Shown here: one piece after another, positions 25,901 to 40,900 of the stretch
Layout of the letters: every line of letters starts with the position of its first letter
Position numbering within the stretch: the first letter of the stretch is position 1
Source of the DNA: Octopus vulgaris
Taxonomy: Eukaryota
Direction of reading: 5' to 3'
Length of the DNA: 64,000 nucleotides
NCBI GenBank assembly: GCA_951406725.2
Contig: OX597814.1
Location: 20,088,001 to 20,152,000 of the forward strand
The notes under the pieces: model-generated
The model's input: only the letters and a program-made list of their open reading frames with translations
What the model was told of the DNA's origin: nothing
The model's database searches: none
Made by a program: the position numbers and the translations under genes

Positions 25901-28900
25901 TTTGTATCTTTCCAGTTTTTCTTTAGATGTTGGGAACATGACTAAAAACCGTAAAGAACTTCACCAAACGTCTTTATCTCATTTAAGCCAGTCACATATT
26001 AATTTTTTTATTCATTGGTGTGTCATGATTGAATTTGAAAAACAAAGCAGTATCCATGGTGAAGGGATCCGTGATATATGGTGCTCAACTGGCATTGACA
26101 GGTTTGTTACAATTATTTATATTTTTTACCTTGGTATAAGACCAGTTATTTTTCAATGTTTAATTCAGGGTTTGTGTTGTCATTGTAGTAGCAGCAGAAT
26201 CTTGATATCTGAATTGCCTGTCATCTTGGCTAATTCTCTTCCTAATCAGCTAAGCTTTGACTCTTCCAGTAACTTTCATAACTTAGTCCATCAGTTTGAT
26301 ACCATTATAGTTTTCTCTCTTTACTCTTGTAGTAGTTGATGAGGACACTGTCATGCCAATCATTCTGTATGACACCTTCCTGTTCTTAAGTTGATTTGAA
26401 ACATATCACCAGTCTGGAACCCCATATCTTACTCAGCATATCAATTTCCTGGAAACTGTTCAGAAATATGCAACCGGATGAATACCTGCCATCAGGTATC
26501 TACCATACTCTGAATGTCTTACTTCCCTGGGCATGGTCACATTCAGCTCTGACATCTAGCAACTGACTTAGTAGACACAAGGATTACCCACCATCTTTCT
26601 AACAACAACTTTGGGCGCCCTTTTGAATCCCATATATCTAACACTTGTGGACATTCTTACAAAATCAAAATACAGCACAGCACCCATGACTTTCAGAAAC
26701 ATTTTTTCACACTCAGAATTGCTGAAGCATGGGATAAACTACTCTCATCAGTCGTTAGTTGTTGGGACACAGCATTCTTCAACTCTTTCATGCTTCCTGA
26801 AATTTGCTATCAGTACACCTGATCTCCCCACTATTTTTTTTAATGACTCATTCATTGTTTGCTTTCTGTGCATTTGTCTATGTACTGCTTTTTGTCTGAT
26901 GAGTTGTTGTGCACCTGAGCATATTATTATTATTAACAACAACAACAAAAAAGTGACCTAACATAAAATTATGATGGGATTTAGCTTAAGCATGAACATA
27001 AGTTTTATATAATAGCCAGAAGTGATTTGGTTATGTAATGTTATTTCTTTATGTATTTCAGAGAAAAAAAGGGGGAATGTATTAGCAATCTCCAGTTTTG
27101 TGGCACTCAAATACTCCCTGACACAGACAAATTTCTCAACTCATTTAAAAGACACACATATTCCAGGTAAGATTGTTGTTTTATTACAGGTTTCATAATT
27201 AGCTCCTTTGTTTCCAGTTTGTAATATTGGTTTGTCTTCATTACTCATCAAGATGCTCAAGCATTAGTTTGGATTTTCTAAAGCTTTATATTATAGTTTG
27301 AAAAAAAACCCAGTTTACTTAGGTACTCCTTTGCTGTGCACCATTTGAAAATCACTGATCTGGATTGAAATAGAATTAAATACAATACAGTATAGGCGCA
27401 GGAGTGGCTGTGTGGTAAGTAGCTTGCTAACCAACCACATGGTTCCGGGTTCAGTCCCATTGTGTGGCATCTTGGGCAAGTGTCTTCTGCTATAGCCCCA
27501 GGCCGACCAATGCCTTGTGAGTAGATTTGGTAGACGGAAACTGAAAGAAGCCTGTCGTATATATGTATATATTTATATATGTATATGTGTGTGTTTGTGT
27601 GTCTGTGTTTGTCCCCCTAGCATTGCTTGACAACCGATGCTGGTGTGTTTACGTCCCCGTCACTTAGCGGTTTCGGCAAAAGAGACCGATAGAATAAGCA
27701 CTGGGCTTACAAAGAATAAGTCCCGGGGTCGACTAAAGGCTGTGCTCCAGCATGGTCGCAGTCAAAATGACTGAAACAAGTAAAAGAGTATCTAAGAATC
27801 AGGTTATAAAAAAATATTGTTAGCTAATTTGTGTAATTGCTGTTACTATCAAGGGAATGATTATGATGGATATTTTCTTTTTGTTTTTTTATTTTTTCCA
27901 GCTTACATCAGACTTTTGAACCTATTAATACAGTTGGATTAAATGTCCATGACAGTGTTGCAATTAGTGTTGAAGACAAACAACAGATTGTTATTTGTAG
28001 AGGATACATTTACAGTATGTCTGAGGATTATCTTGTTGTTATGTGTGACAGGTATGATGACATTTTGGTTTATGTTTTCTGTCAGTGTCATGGCTCTCTT
28101 TAAAATTTTGCTACTTCATTCTTTACTCTATTATTTATAATAGCAAACAATCTAATGTATTTAATTTAGTGCTACCATATTTTATGCAAAGAACATAAAA
28201 AAAACAATTTGAAGTACTGTAAATCCTAGAGTATAATCCGCATTTTTTTCCCAAAATTTAAAGGTCAAAACCCCTAATGCGTACTATATATGAGGTTAAA
28301 AATGAAAAATATTTTCTAAGCAATATCTCTATTTGCTGTCTGGCAATGTTTATTCAGATGCATTTTGTGATGTCGGGCGCGAAAATACCTTAAGCTAAGC
28401 CTGAAAGCAATGAAGTCATAAAAGAATCATCCATAACTTGCAGTAAGCAACATTTATTAAAATAAAAATATTCAAAACACAGAATAACGTAACAAAAACA
28501 ATTTGCAAATATATTTACATTCCCATATAACAGTTAAGAACACCAACATTATTGTATTACGAATGCGCGGAAGTGTTTGTTCGACTAGGTGCTGCTGGCT
28601 TAATTACGCACGACTCAAGTTAGAAGAGGAGTGCGTATTATACACAAGGTTTAGGTTTTCCAGAGGTACAGCCCCCTAAAAATCCCCTGCATATTATACC
28701 CAAGGGCGAACTGTACTCGAAGATTTACGGTGATTATGCTGTGAGGGCATCTGGCTGTTAAAATCTGATTCAAAAAATTCCATCTGACCCATGGAAAAGT
28801 AGATGTTAAAATGATGATATTTGATGAGAGAAAGATAATATTAGTCAATGGCTAATATTATTTTTAGTGAAACAATCTAGATGTGAAAACAACTCTAGTC

Positions 28901-31900
28901 TATTTTGATCTTATTAGATCTCTGCAGCAAAGCATAGACTTGCCAAAATAGTGATGAAAGAGTCATTAAATAAATGTAGTGTTGTTCAGGAGCACATTCT
29001 GCATAATTGTACGATGCTTGTGCTAGAACTGCAATGCTGCATGATATTGAAGCATGGGCTTTAAATGAAGAAGATTTACAAAGACTAGAAATAAATAAAA
29101 CTAGGATGCTCTGTATATGTTTAATGTTAGTGTGCATGTATGCCAGAGTACAAATGAACTAAGGGGAAAAAAATGGGTACAAGAAGAATCAAATGTAGTA
29201 TGCGAGAGAGGAGGCTGTACCAGTACGGGTATGTGAAGCATATGGAAGATGATGGCTGTATACAAAAGTGCCAGGCAATCCAAGTTAGTGGAACTTGTGA
29301 AAAAGGGAGACCAAGGAAAATTTGAGATGAAGTGGTGAAGGCTGACCTGAAGATGTCAAAGGAATGTATTGACTGGTGATATGTAGTGCTACAGAAGATC
29401 CATCCACTCATAGCAGAATGTACCTTTCAGTAAAAGTGTTGTCATCCACTGGTGTCACATAAAATGCGCATGTGGCCGTGCTATGTAAATGTACCCATGC
29501 TGCTGGCACGTAAAAAGCACCCAGCACACTCTGTAAAGTGGTTGGTTTAAGGAAGGACATCTAGCCACACCACAACAGACAATTGTGGCTCTGTGGTAAA
29601 AAGTTTGTGCTTCCCAACCATATAGTATTGAGTTCAGTCCCACTGTGTGGTACCTTGGGCATGTATCATGTACTATAACCCTCAGGCTGACCAAAGTCTT
29701 GAGTAAATTTGGTTGAGGGGAAACTGGAAGTAGTCTGATGTGTGTGTGTTACTGTCTCCTTGCCTTGTCACTCTTGTAAGCAGTGTCTTTCAATTCCAAT
29801 CTTCCTTGAGGACTAATCATTGGTAAATCTTACCTTGTTAGGAAACAGGTGAGGGTTGGCGATAGGAAGGGCATCTGGCCATAGAAAATCTGCCTCAGTA
29901 AAATTCCATCCAACATATGTGAATATGGAAAAGCCATGTTAAGTTGAGATGATGATAGGCCATCACAGAAATAAAAAATGATTTGGAAAAAAAGCAAAAA
30001 GTTTCAATGACCACAACATTCAGCTATAGAAATGTCATACTGTGTAAAGGAAATGTTTATCTAGTGAAATCTTGTTTCCACTAATGTATGATGAAAATTA
30101 TTTCAATACTTTGGTTTAAATGTGAAGAGGTATATCCATGCAATTTAGGTGTTTTTTCTCATGAATGGGTTAAAGTAAAACTAAATTTTGTTTGACTACT
30201 GCCAAAGTTATTCAATACACCCACTATCAAAGTTATTCTGTTGAGTAGAAAGTAGCTATTAATCTTCAGTTTAGATATGAAAGAACTAGTTACATTTATA
30301 ATTATAATGTTAGCGTCAGGTCTAGAGGTGGCCTAGTGACATATCTATATATATAAAACTGTAGTTGTGTGAGTGTCTGTCCCCTTCGATTTAGATTCCT
30401 AACTACTCCCACATTTTGCGGTGCAGTTTAACCAAATTCGGGTATCTTATAGTCGTGATTCATATCGAGCCCGTCTGGGTATTAGTGCGCGTCTACGATG
30501 AGTCTACGATTTTAAAAATAATTTAACATCATTTTTTATTCCATTTTAATGCATATTTTTTCGTGTGTCGATGGCGGTGGAGTTGGCGTCCATGGTCACA
30601 CCTGCACCTGTGTTGCTTCTCCCCTTCTTCCCTCCCTCGTGAAGCTGTGGGGAAGGGAGTGTAAGGAAATCAACGTCGTAAAGCGTTGTCAAGGAGACCA
30701 GCGTTCTTTTAGAACAACGACTTCATGGCTTGAAGACACCAAAACAGAAATGGCTAAGAAAGCCCGAATTGGCATCTATAAGGGAAGTAACTCTCTAAAA
30801 ATGCTTATATAGTTATTTCCTTTACAAACCCGAGCAACGCCGGGCGATACTGCTAGTATATATATATATATGATCTGATTGACCCAGACCGCAAAAGAAC
30901 AGAACAAAGAAAAACTAACTAAAATTTTCAGAATCCTTTTTATTTACACAATGACATAATTTCTTTCATTTTCATTCCAGAAGCTTTGATGACCATCTCA
31001 ATATTAATACAGAAATTTTCAAAGTTGACAAATGTTCTGACTGGGAGAATTGGGGCACGTGCTATAATAATCTGATAACTTTAATGGCAGATACTGCTCA
31101 CAGGTAAAGAAGTTTTGTTTATTAAAGTTTTCTCATCCACTGATACAGGTCACAAAAGGTTATTTTTTGTATTGATATTTGATATAATGTAAAACTGCAG
31201 TAGCTATTGTTGGCATTGTTAATATATTTGTTCATTACTGTTAACATTGATATTTTGTAGAATACTGATGTCAGGTTTGTTTACTGTAACACCTAATAAT
31301 CTCTCTCTATATATAAACGGCAGTTTGTCTGTCTGTGTGTCTGTCAGGTTGTACCCTCACCCTGACCACGACTTTCAACTGATTCTGATGAAACTTGACA
31401 CACACATAGCCCAATGTCATAATTCAAAACTAACGCAGCGAAAATTTTGAAAAGTTCCCCCAGTTCTGAAAACAATCAATAAATTCGACATGGGGTCGAG
31501 AATCTAAGCTTTTTATATGCAACACATTTTCTGTTGTAGTTTTCGCAACTTGCAATCGATTTTCACCAAACTCATGGTGAAGCTTAATGTTACCCTAAGA
31601 AAATTAATTCTGACGTTAGTTTTCCATGCAATACCTTACCATCAGAAAAAATCGATAAAATCATGCCATTTTGGGAAATCGCGTTCAAATTCAAGATGAT
31701 ATATTTTCGACAATATCTTTCACAAATTGGCAGGAATTTTTTAAAAAATTTACAGCGAGCATCATGTCTGCTCCAAGGAGCTATATGGCCCTTTTTATTC
31801 CAATAGGATACTTTATTACTGTAAAAAATCGGTCAATTAAATCATATGTGGCACACATAGCAAACCGATTTGTGTATTAAACACAAACCACAGACTGTCT

Positions 31901-34900
31901 AGGGGACGCAACTCGATCGGTGTTGAGGGTAAAGTCTCGAATGTAATTTCTTCCTGGTTGGAATTGGTTGGGTTGAATTATCGATAGCTGTTTGATAGTT
32001 ATTTGGGAGTGAAGAGAAGACATTGCAACCTACACATGTGCCTTCGTTCCCTAGAGGGAAAGGACTAGATTGGGATTAGTCGTTGCCTACTAGGGGCTCT
32101 TACATACCCGGGCAACGCCGGGCTATGCTGCTAGTATAGTATAACATTAAAACAATAAGTAACAAAGATGCCAAAATATCAAAGTTTTTCTCTTGTCTGT
32201 AGTTTACATAATACAATTTATATATCTTTCTCTGCAGTATATGTTCTGCCATCACCCTCCTTTTTTTTTTGTTTTTTACTCTTACTGTTTCTATTGCTAA
32301 ACACATACATGTCTGTACACAACATCTGTTTTCATAATATATATAGACTTTATATATTTTTCATGGTATTGTGTAAAAATGTAAGTCTTGAGTAAATAAT
32401 TTAATCAGTAACATGTCTTATTTTCAGTGCAAGATTAAGGCAATTGATAATTGACCATGAAAAACCTAGAGTGCATTCAACATTAGCAAAAAGCACTGTT
32501 CAGAAAGGTAAGATTTCAAATCATCACTTTCTAAAACTTGACTAAAAATGAAAGCACCCGTTCATTTATTTATTTATTTTTTTTTAATAAATTGAAGCTT
32601 ATTTAGGCTTATTTTACCTTTTCATTTTGTATTTTTTTCTAGGATAGCAAGTTGTATGTCCTTTCTTTGGGTAGCTTTCTTCAGCACCCAATCATAGGCC
32701 AGAGCAAATACAAGTGATAGAAAGCATCTTCAGTGTACTTCTGTCAGCATTTTGAATCAGCTTCTAGTACTTGTTTTCAATCTTGACACAATATTTTCTG
32801 TTGGCATGTTTGATTTCCACAATAACAACTTTAAGAACACTACATTACTATATGAAGGTTTGTGTATGCTGTCAAACACACCTTGTTGAAGTCAAAGATG
32901 CCAAGTGGAGTTTAGATCTCTACATTTCTCAATGGCAGTGCCTGAGTATGTTGACTGAAAACTTGCTTATCATCACAGTTGGTTGTTGAGTATGGCCTCC
33001 GTACAGGCAGCACGTAAAATGCACCATCCGATTGTGGCCGTTGCCAGCCTCGTCTGGCCCCATGCCGGTGGCACGTAAAAAGCAGCATCCATCCATGGCC
33101 GTTTGCCAGCCTCATTTGGCACCTGTGCAGGTGGCACATAAAAAGCACCCACTACACTCACGGAGTGGTTGGCGTTAGGAAGGGCATCCAGCTGTAGAAA
33201 CACTGCCAGATCAGACTGGGCCTGGCGCAGCCTTCTGGCTTCCCAGACCCCAGTTGAACCGTCCAACCCATGCTAGCATGGAAAACAGACGTTAAACGAT
33301 GATGATGATGATGAAGATAACTGGCAGTTAATCTTCAGTGGGTGTTTTGCTGCTATGCCACATTCTTGTTTGTATTGAGGAAGCATTATTTACCAATTGT
33401 CATTTGGTCTTATAACTTCATCTTGTTTTGTTAGTAAAACATTTTCATCTGTAGTAACTGACATGCAGTGTTTTGTTGTATTTATTATATATTAGTCAAG
33501 TCGGAAAAGATGTAATAATCATAATGAGCATACTGTTTAGATGTACTACAGAAATAAATCAAATAGCAGTGAAGGGAGACACAAGGAGATACATGGAAAA
33601 TTTAGGAAAAAGTGAAGGAAAAAATCTGCTAGTTACTGTCAGTTTACCTGAAGTAAACTTTACTCAAGTAACCTATGATCAAAAGCCTTCCAGCTTGGAC
33701 CATCTTGTCTTTTTTCTAAGCATATCATATCTAGAAATATTTCTTTTTTAAATGGTCATGTAAAATTTGGCAGATATTTCTAGCAGATCAAGCAACTATA
33801 TACACACTCCCTTGTTAGCTTGAAATCTGATAAATGCAGGTAACAATTATCAAGGATTGAATATATGCATGATTCTAAAAGGAAAAGAAGTCATACTCTA
33901 CACTTGTCAGGTTTTATTTATCTCTCTATATATAAACGGCAGTTTGTCTGTCTGTGTGTCTGTCAGGTTGTACCCTCACCCTGACCACGGCTTTAAACCG
34001 ATTCTGATGAAACTTGACACACACATAGCCCAATGTCATAATTCAAAACTGACGCAGCGAAAATTTTGAAAAGTTCCCCCAGTTCTGAAAAAATCGATAA
34101 ATTCGACATGGGGTCGAGAATCTAAGCTTTTTATATGCAACACATTTTCTGTCTAGGGGACACAACTCGACCTTTTTATCGCCCAAATGGACAGTTAGGA
34201 ACATCGTATACACAGAAGTATTCGAGTGAAGAGAAGACATTGCAACCTACACATGCGCCTTCGTTCCCTCGAGAGAAAGGACCCGATTGGGATTAGCCGT
34301 TGCCTACTAGGGGCTCTTACATACCCGGGCAACGCCGGACTATGCTGCTAGTTACTGATAAATGATGTTTACCTGCATTTTCTGTAGCTTAGGTTTATTT
34401 GAAATGGATATATAATTAGTATGCACCAAAAAGAAACTAGTTTGTTGTTCAGTATAAGAATAATAGTTTGGATATTCTGAGCTTCTAAAGGTTTTAAACT
34501 TGGTCTATTTATCTGACCAGCTTTAGTTTCCTTCAATGCTAACTTTTTGAAATATGCTTACTCAGTTGAGAGAAACTTAGAATTGGAGCATAATTATTAT
34601 CCTTGAGTTTTTTTTTTTTATTTCTTTCTCCAACTGTTTTATTAACTTAAATTTTTATTTCTCTCTCTTTTTTTTTATTTTTTATTTCAGTTAAGTCTAT
34701 TTTCAAGCCTTTAAACAAACTTCAAAAAGTGGCACTTTTAAAGGTGAATCTCTATGATTTTATCTTCCTTTTCATTGCTTGTTTTCTCAATCACTTCCAG
34801 TATTGCTCACATTGTAATCATTATACCATCAGTTCAATCATCAGGACTACTAACATTATTCACACTCTTAGTTCAAATCTCACCAAGGTTGACTTTGCCT

Positions 34901-37900
34901 GTCATCATTTCAGGGTCAAATACTGGAGTCGATGTTATCAACAATCCCCCTCCCCTTAAGATTGTTGGCCTTGTGTCAAAATTTGAAACAATTATTGATT
35001 GAATTACCATTTTTCCATAGTAGCATTGACTGAATAGATTAGTTGAAAACAAACTATTGTTACACTAAGTTCCACTATATTGGAATGTCTCTGCAAATCT
35101 AAGTATTTTAATAGATTATTGGTGTAAAGATTTTGCAACCTGTTTAATCTTAATGCTGATATATCAATGAAGAAAAAGTGCTTCCTGTTTTTGAGTGGCA
35201 AATTATTATAAGGCTATTGACTTTTCACTTACAAATTTGTATTCCACTAGACAAAACAATTCTAGATACTTCAGTTTATAGAACAACAGCAAGCTTTGCA
35301 CAAGAATATTACCTTGTGTTTTATTCAGACACGTTTTGATCATCTGTATCATTTTTGTGAAACAGCAATTCTTTTTGATCCCTGTCAAAGTAGGATCGTG
35401 TTTCTTGTTGAACAACATAACATGGTACTTGTGAATGCATTACAAGCCAACAAAGAAGCCTGTAGTCTGTTTCTTGACCTAGCTAAATGTCCCTCGAATT
35501 GCATCTGAATTTTATTGTTTCAAAAGGGATAAAAAATACATTGGATAATGTGACCCTGAGGTAGATAAAAAAAAAAAAGAATAAAGATGTAGTGCTTCAC
35601 TATTTGATAATGACCTGGTGCTCTGTCAGTCTTAATACTTAGTTTACTAGCTGGGTTGACTGGAGCAGCATGGATTAAAGTGCCTTGACTAAGAGTACAT
35701 CTTGTTCCTCACATTGGAAATGAAATCCACAAGCTTATGTATGAGACCATAGGAAAAGTTGATTGAAAATAACTTGAAATGATTGAGGTTGGATCATAGG
35801 CCTGCTTTATCAGGGCTGACCTAGATCTAAAGTACAACTTAATTCTCGTGGTAGGATTCATATAGACTGCTCTTTGAACTAACAGTTTTAACATTTCAAA
35901 GCTTGTCACTGTAATTCTAGCTTAGCTAAATATCATCTTCTACAGCTGATTAATCAGTTTCATCGCTGATGAATCATCTGCTCTAATGGAAATTTATCAT
36001 ATTTTCTAGGTTTTTCATGAGTGAAGACTATGTCCTTATCCGTGGTTATCCAGGGACTGGTAAGTAGACAGATCTTCAATGTTTCTGTGTCTGTAATCCC
36101 ACCTTTGTTTGGATATTTCTTCAGATTAAACTCTAACATTTGCTTTCTTTTTCAATTTCAGGAAAAACCTCCACTATAGTTGCCCTCATTCAGATGCTAG
36201 TTGCTAGTGGTGTTTCAATATTAGTGGCCAGTTTTACCCACTCTGCTGTTGACAATATACTTCTTAAACTGAGAAAAGTATGTTTTTTTTTTTTTTTCTT
36301 TTTAATAGAAATTTGCAATTTTTCAGATATTATTTTTTGACCTTTGGCAATATGCTGTGCTTGAGAAGATCCGTCAAGCCAAGTGAAATTATAGTCGTGG
36401 CTGATGCTGGTGTCGCGTAACTGGCACCCATGCTGGTGGCATGTAAAAAGCACCCTTTGAGTGTTGAACCTCGCAGAGGCAAAATGGCACATAAAAATCT
36501 TTCGAGTGTTAGGCCTCATGGAGACAATGACAAATGACTGAGATGTTTGGCATTATGCTTGAGAAAAAGACCCATCAAGCCAGGTAAAAACCACAGTCAT
36601 TGCAGATACTGCTGCCAAGCAAAAGGCATCTGTGCTGGTGGCACATAAAAGCATCCATTGCACTCTCGGAATGGTTGGTGTTAGGAAGGGCATCCAGCCA
36701 TAGAAATTATGCTAAATCAAACTGGAGTCTGTGCAGCCTTCCAACTTGCCAGCTTTGGTCAAATCATCTAACCCATGCCAGCATGGACAACGGACATGAA
36801 ATGATGATGATGATGATGATATTTTTCTCCTTTCTCCTCCTCCTCCCCCGTCCTCTATATTCTTGACTAACTTGTATGAGTTGTTTCCCACACAGTTGTT
36901 GCAGTCGTTTGTCATTTTCTTCATAAGGTTCAGCATATTGAAGTTACTTTTCACCATATCTTTACATATCTCCATCAGTCTTCCTCTTCCACACTTGAAT
37001 CTTCTTGCAGTTCTTTACTTGGCTCTCCCTTCATATGCATCACATGTCTGTTTCAGCATAATCCTTTCTCTTGTATACTTCATCTGATTCCACTTGTACC
37101 TGTTCTTTTTCTTGGCTTATTTGTCATCCACTTTTCATTCATTCTAACATACAGGGGTTGGACAAAATAATGCAAACACCTAGCATCATAGCATTGTAAT
37201 TTGGAAATATTTATAAAACTGTCAAAAGCTTGTTTCTTTTTATGTTTTTTGATTTATTATTAGTTTTGCTATAATTGCTGTTTCTTTTCAGATATCATTA
37301 GAAAAAGGTCATTAAAATTCATTAAAATGACAGATCTATCGCACTTTCAAAGAGGTCAAATTGTTGGTGCTTGTATGACAGGCACTAGCATAATGAAAAC
37401 AGCTGAAATGTTTGGTGTATCAAGAAGTACTGTCTTGAAAGTAATGACAGCCTTTGAGAAAGAGGGAAAAAACCTCCTCGTTGAAACAAAACTCCAGAAG
37501 AAAACCAAAACTTTCAGATAGGGACTATTAGATTCTTATGCAAATTGTTAGAAAGGATCACAAACGTACAGCTCCCAAAATTACTGCAGAGCTTAGTGAC
37601 CACCTCGAGTCATTAAGCACGAAGCTGTATTTCACGAGAGTGCTGCTATCAGGAAACCACTACTTCCAAAAACAAACATTGCAAAACGTTTAGAGTGGAG
37701 TAAAAACCTACAGAATTGGTCCCTAGAGCAGTGTAAGAATGTTATTTTCTCGGACGAGTCATCCTTTACATTATCTCTGGCCACCGGCCAAGTATATGTG
37801 TGAAGACAACCAAAAGAAGCATTTGACCCAGACTGCTTTCTTCAACTGTTAAACCTGGAGGAGGATCTGTGATGATGGGGGGGGGGGGTTATATCTTGGA

Positions 37901-40900
37901 AATCTGCCGGCCCAATGGTTTCCATTCATTACATTAAGCATTTATCTGATCAAATTCATCCTATGATTGCAGAACTGTTTCCGGAGGGAAACGCAGTCAA
38001 TCAGGATGATAATGCACCAATACACACAGCTAAAGTTGTTACTGAATGGCATGAGGAACATTCAAGTGAAGTTGAACATCTTTATGGTGCATTTTACAAA
38101 AACAAGTAAGGAGTCAATATCCTCCCATCATCACTACAAGAAATGGAGATTGTTTTAGCTGAAGAATGGGCAAAAATTCCTTTGGAAACAATTCAAACTT
38201 TGTACGTGTCCATACCTCATAGAATTCAAGCTGTAATTACTGCCAAAGGCAGTCCTACCCCATATTAAAATAAATTTGTTTGAAATTTTAAGATGTTTCC
38301 ATTATTTTGTCCAACCCCTGTACATGCCCAGTGGAGCATGCTCACCACAAATTCTTTCCAGTTTTGCACATTCTCTTTGAGTGTGTGTGTATGTAAATTT
38401 AGTTAGGTATTTTTGGGATATGAAATTTTGGCTAAATTACTTACTGTATATGTGGAAGAGAGTGAAAGTATGAAGCCAAGCAACCAAGTAGATGAAATAT
38501 CACAATGCTAGCTATTTACTTCAACTAATTAATCTGTAATTACTGGATTATTTGATTATTAACATTCCTTTTGGAGTTGTAATATGTTTACCACCACAGT
38601 ATTTCACTGTAAAGACAAAACAGCATCTGTTTAGAAATCTCATGTCAGATATTGCAGCTAATATTTATTGGTTTGACACACTATTTGTACTCCAATTACA
38701 AATTCACACCTCAGTTGAGGATTGCACCTTGTGCATTCATTTAAGCAGTATGTTACTGGACTGTGTAAATGTGGAGTGAATCAGCACTTCACTCTGAATG
38801 AATATTAATCGTACATCATGTATGGTGTGTGTCTGTATTGTTATCACTTTTGCGTCCACTTTTTGTTTTCACTCAGTACATATTCTCTGGTCTGTTCATC
38901 TAGATGGATTGAAGGACTGCCTGTTGCTTGTGAGTTTCATTTTTGGTTTGGCTTTGATGGCTGGATGTCCTTTCTAATGCCAACCACTTTATGCAGTGTA
39001 CTGGGTGCTTTTTTCATGGTGCCATCCTTGGAGGTGTCATGTTCTTGACAAGTTTAAAGGTTCCTCTTAACTTAACACTTATAGAGTGTTCTAGGTGTAT
39101 TCTTTTCATGGCACCAGCACTACAGAGGTAGTCATGTCCATGACACAACTAAAGGGACTCACATCTGTTCACTCACCAAAATCCCATTGTGCTGTACCTA
39201 AGGCAAATGTCTTCTGCTATAGCCCTAACTTGACACTTGATGAGTAAATTTGAGAGATGAAAACTGTTGGAAGCCTGTCGTATATGTGATGTGTGTGTGA
39301 GGTGAGTGAATGCTGACAGTTCATGGTTTTGCTCAAGTGAAATAGTTGATGATGTTTACATGGTTTATTGAGATTATGACCAATCACTCTGCAGTTTTAA
39401 AGACCAGTGGAATATAAATCCCAGTCCTTGGAAAAAAACATGGAGGTTGTCAATGGAAAAAGCACCTCTAACCAATGCTAACATGGAAAATGGATGTTAC
39501 ACTAATGAACAAAAATATTATCTAAATGTTGACAAACTTCTATTTCTCTGTTAATTCCTATAACCAGTTTCTGAAATATACTTTCCTTGTGTTTTTTCAA
39601 TATACATGTTCTAATCTTTGAATTACTTTTTTGTCCTTTTTAGGAAAAAATTCAGTTTTTACGTATGGGCCGGAAGGATCGTATCCACCCTGATATCTAC
39701 CCTTATTCAGCAGATGAACTGACTAAGAATGCGAAATCTGTGCAGGAATTGAAAACTGTATATGAATCCATGGTAGGAATATAGATATTTGTCTAAGTAT
39801 TTACCAAGAGAAAATACTCAGAATGCTCAAGTGGAGGTGTCTTGGTTAATGAATTACCAGTTTTTATTCCATCATAACTCCTTCAGCCAAGAGATTAACG
39901 CTCTCTTCTCTTAGCTCTTGTGTGTGACTTGCCTGGAAACACAATCTATTTGATTACATACTCAGTATTTGGGTTTTTGAAGATAGTGACTGAATGGCAT
40001 AAATGGTAGGGCAGCAGACCAAATTTGTTGCAGTGTATATTTGTCTCTCACCACCACTTGAGAACCAGAGTTAGATCGTTTATGTCCTCACAACTTAACA
40101 GTTTGGCAAAAGGGACCAACAAAATATGTGCCAGATTTTAATTTAAAAAATTATGTACTGGGGTCAATTTATTCATCTAAACCCTTCAAGGTGGTACCTC
40201 AGCTTGGCTGCAGTCCAATGACTGAAACAAATAAGATAGAATATATGTACTGACACTAATTATGAACATCATCAACATGGCTGAAGAGAAAATACCTTGG
40301 AGTTGAAAAACTTTGGTCATTTGAGATTATCCAAACAGTTTGTAGACAAAAAGCTTTCTCTGGAGAGAGTTTAAAATTTAAAATCAGTTTATAACACAGT
40401 GTCTGTTAGATTTTTAACTTGATTAGAAAAATGTTGTGGCCGTTGCCAGCCTCGTCTGGTCTCCGTGCCGGTGGCACGTAAAAAGCACCATCCGATCGTG
40501 GCCATTTGCCAGCCTCGTCTGGCACGTAAAAAGCACCCACTACACTCACGGAGTGGTTGGCGTTAGGAAGGGCATCCAGCTGTAGAAACACTGCCAGATC
40601 AGACTGGGCCTGGTGCAGCCTTCTGGCTTCCCAGACCCCAGTTGAACCGTCCAACCCGTGCTAGCATGGAAAGCGGACGTTAAACGATGATGATGATGAA
40701 TGAATGAAAACAGAAATTTAACTTGATATTTTTAATTGAAGCCTAATATTTTATTTTCTGAGCTCTTGTACAATGTTTTAGTAAACTATTTTCTTTTATT
40801 TTCTTCTCCAGAATGTTGTTGCCACTACATGTGTGGGCATGTCCCATACACTCTTTTCTCAATGTCAACGTCAGTTTGATGTCTGTATTATTGATGAATC

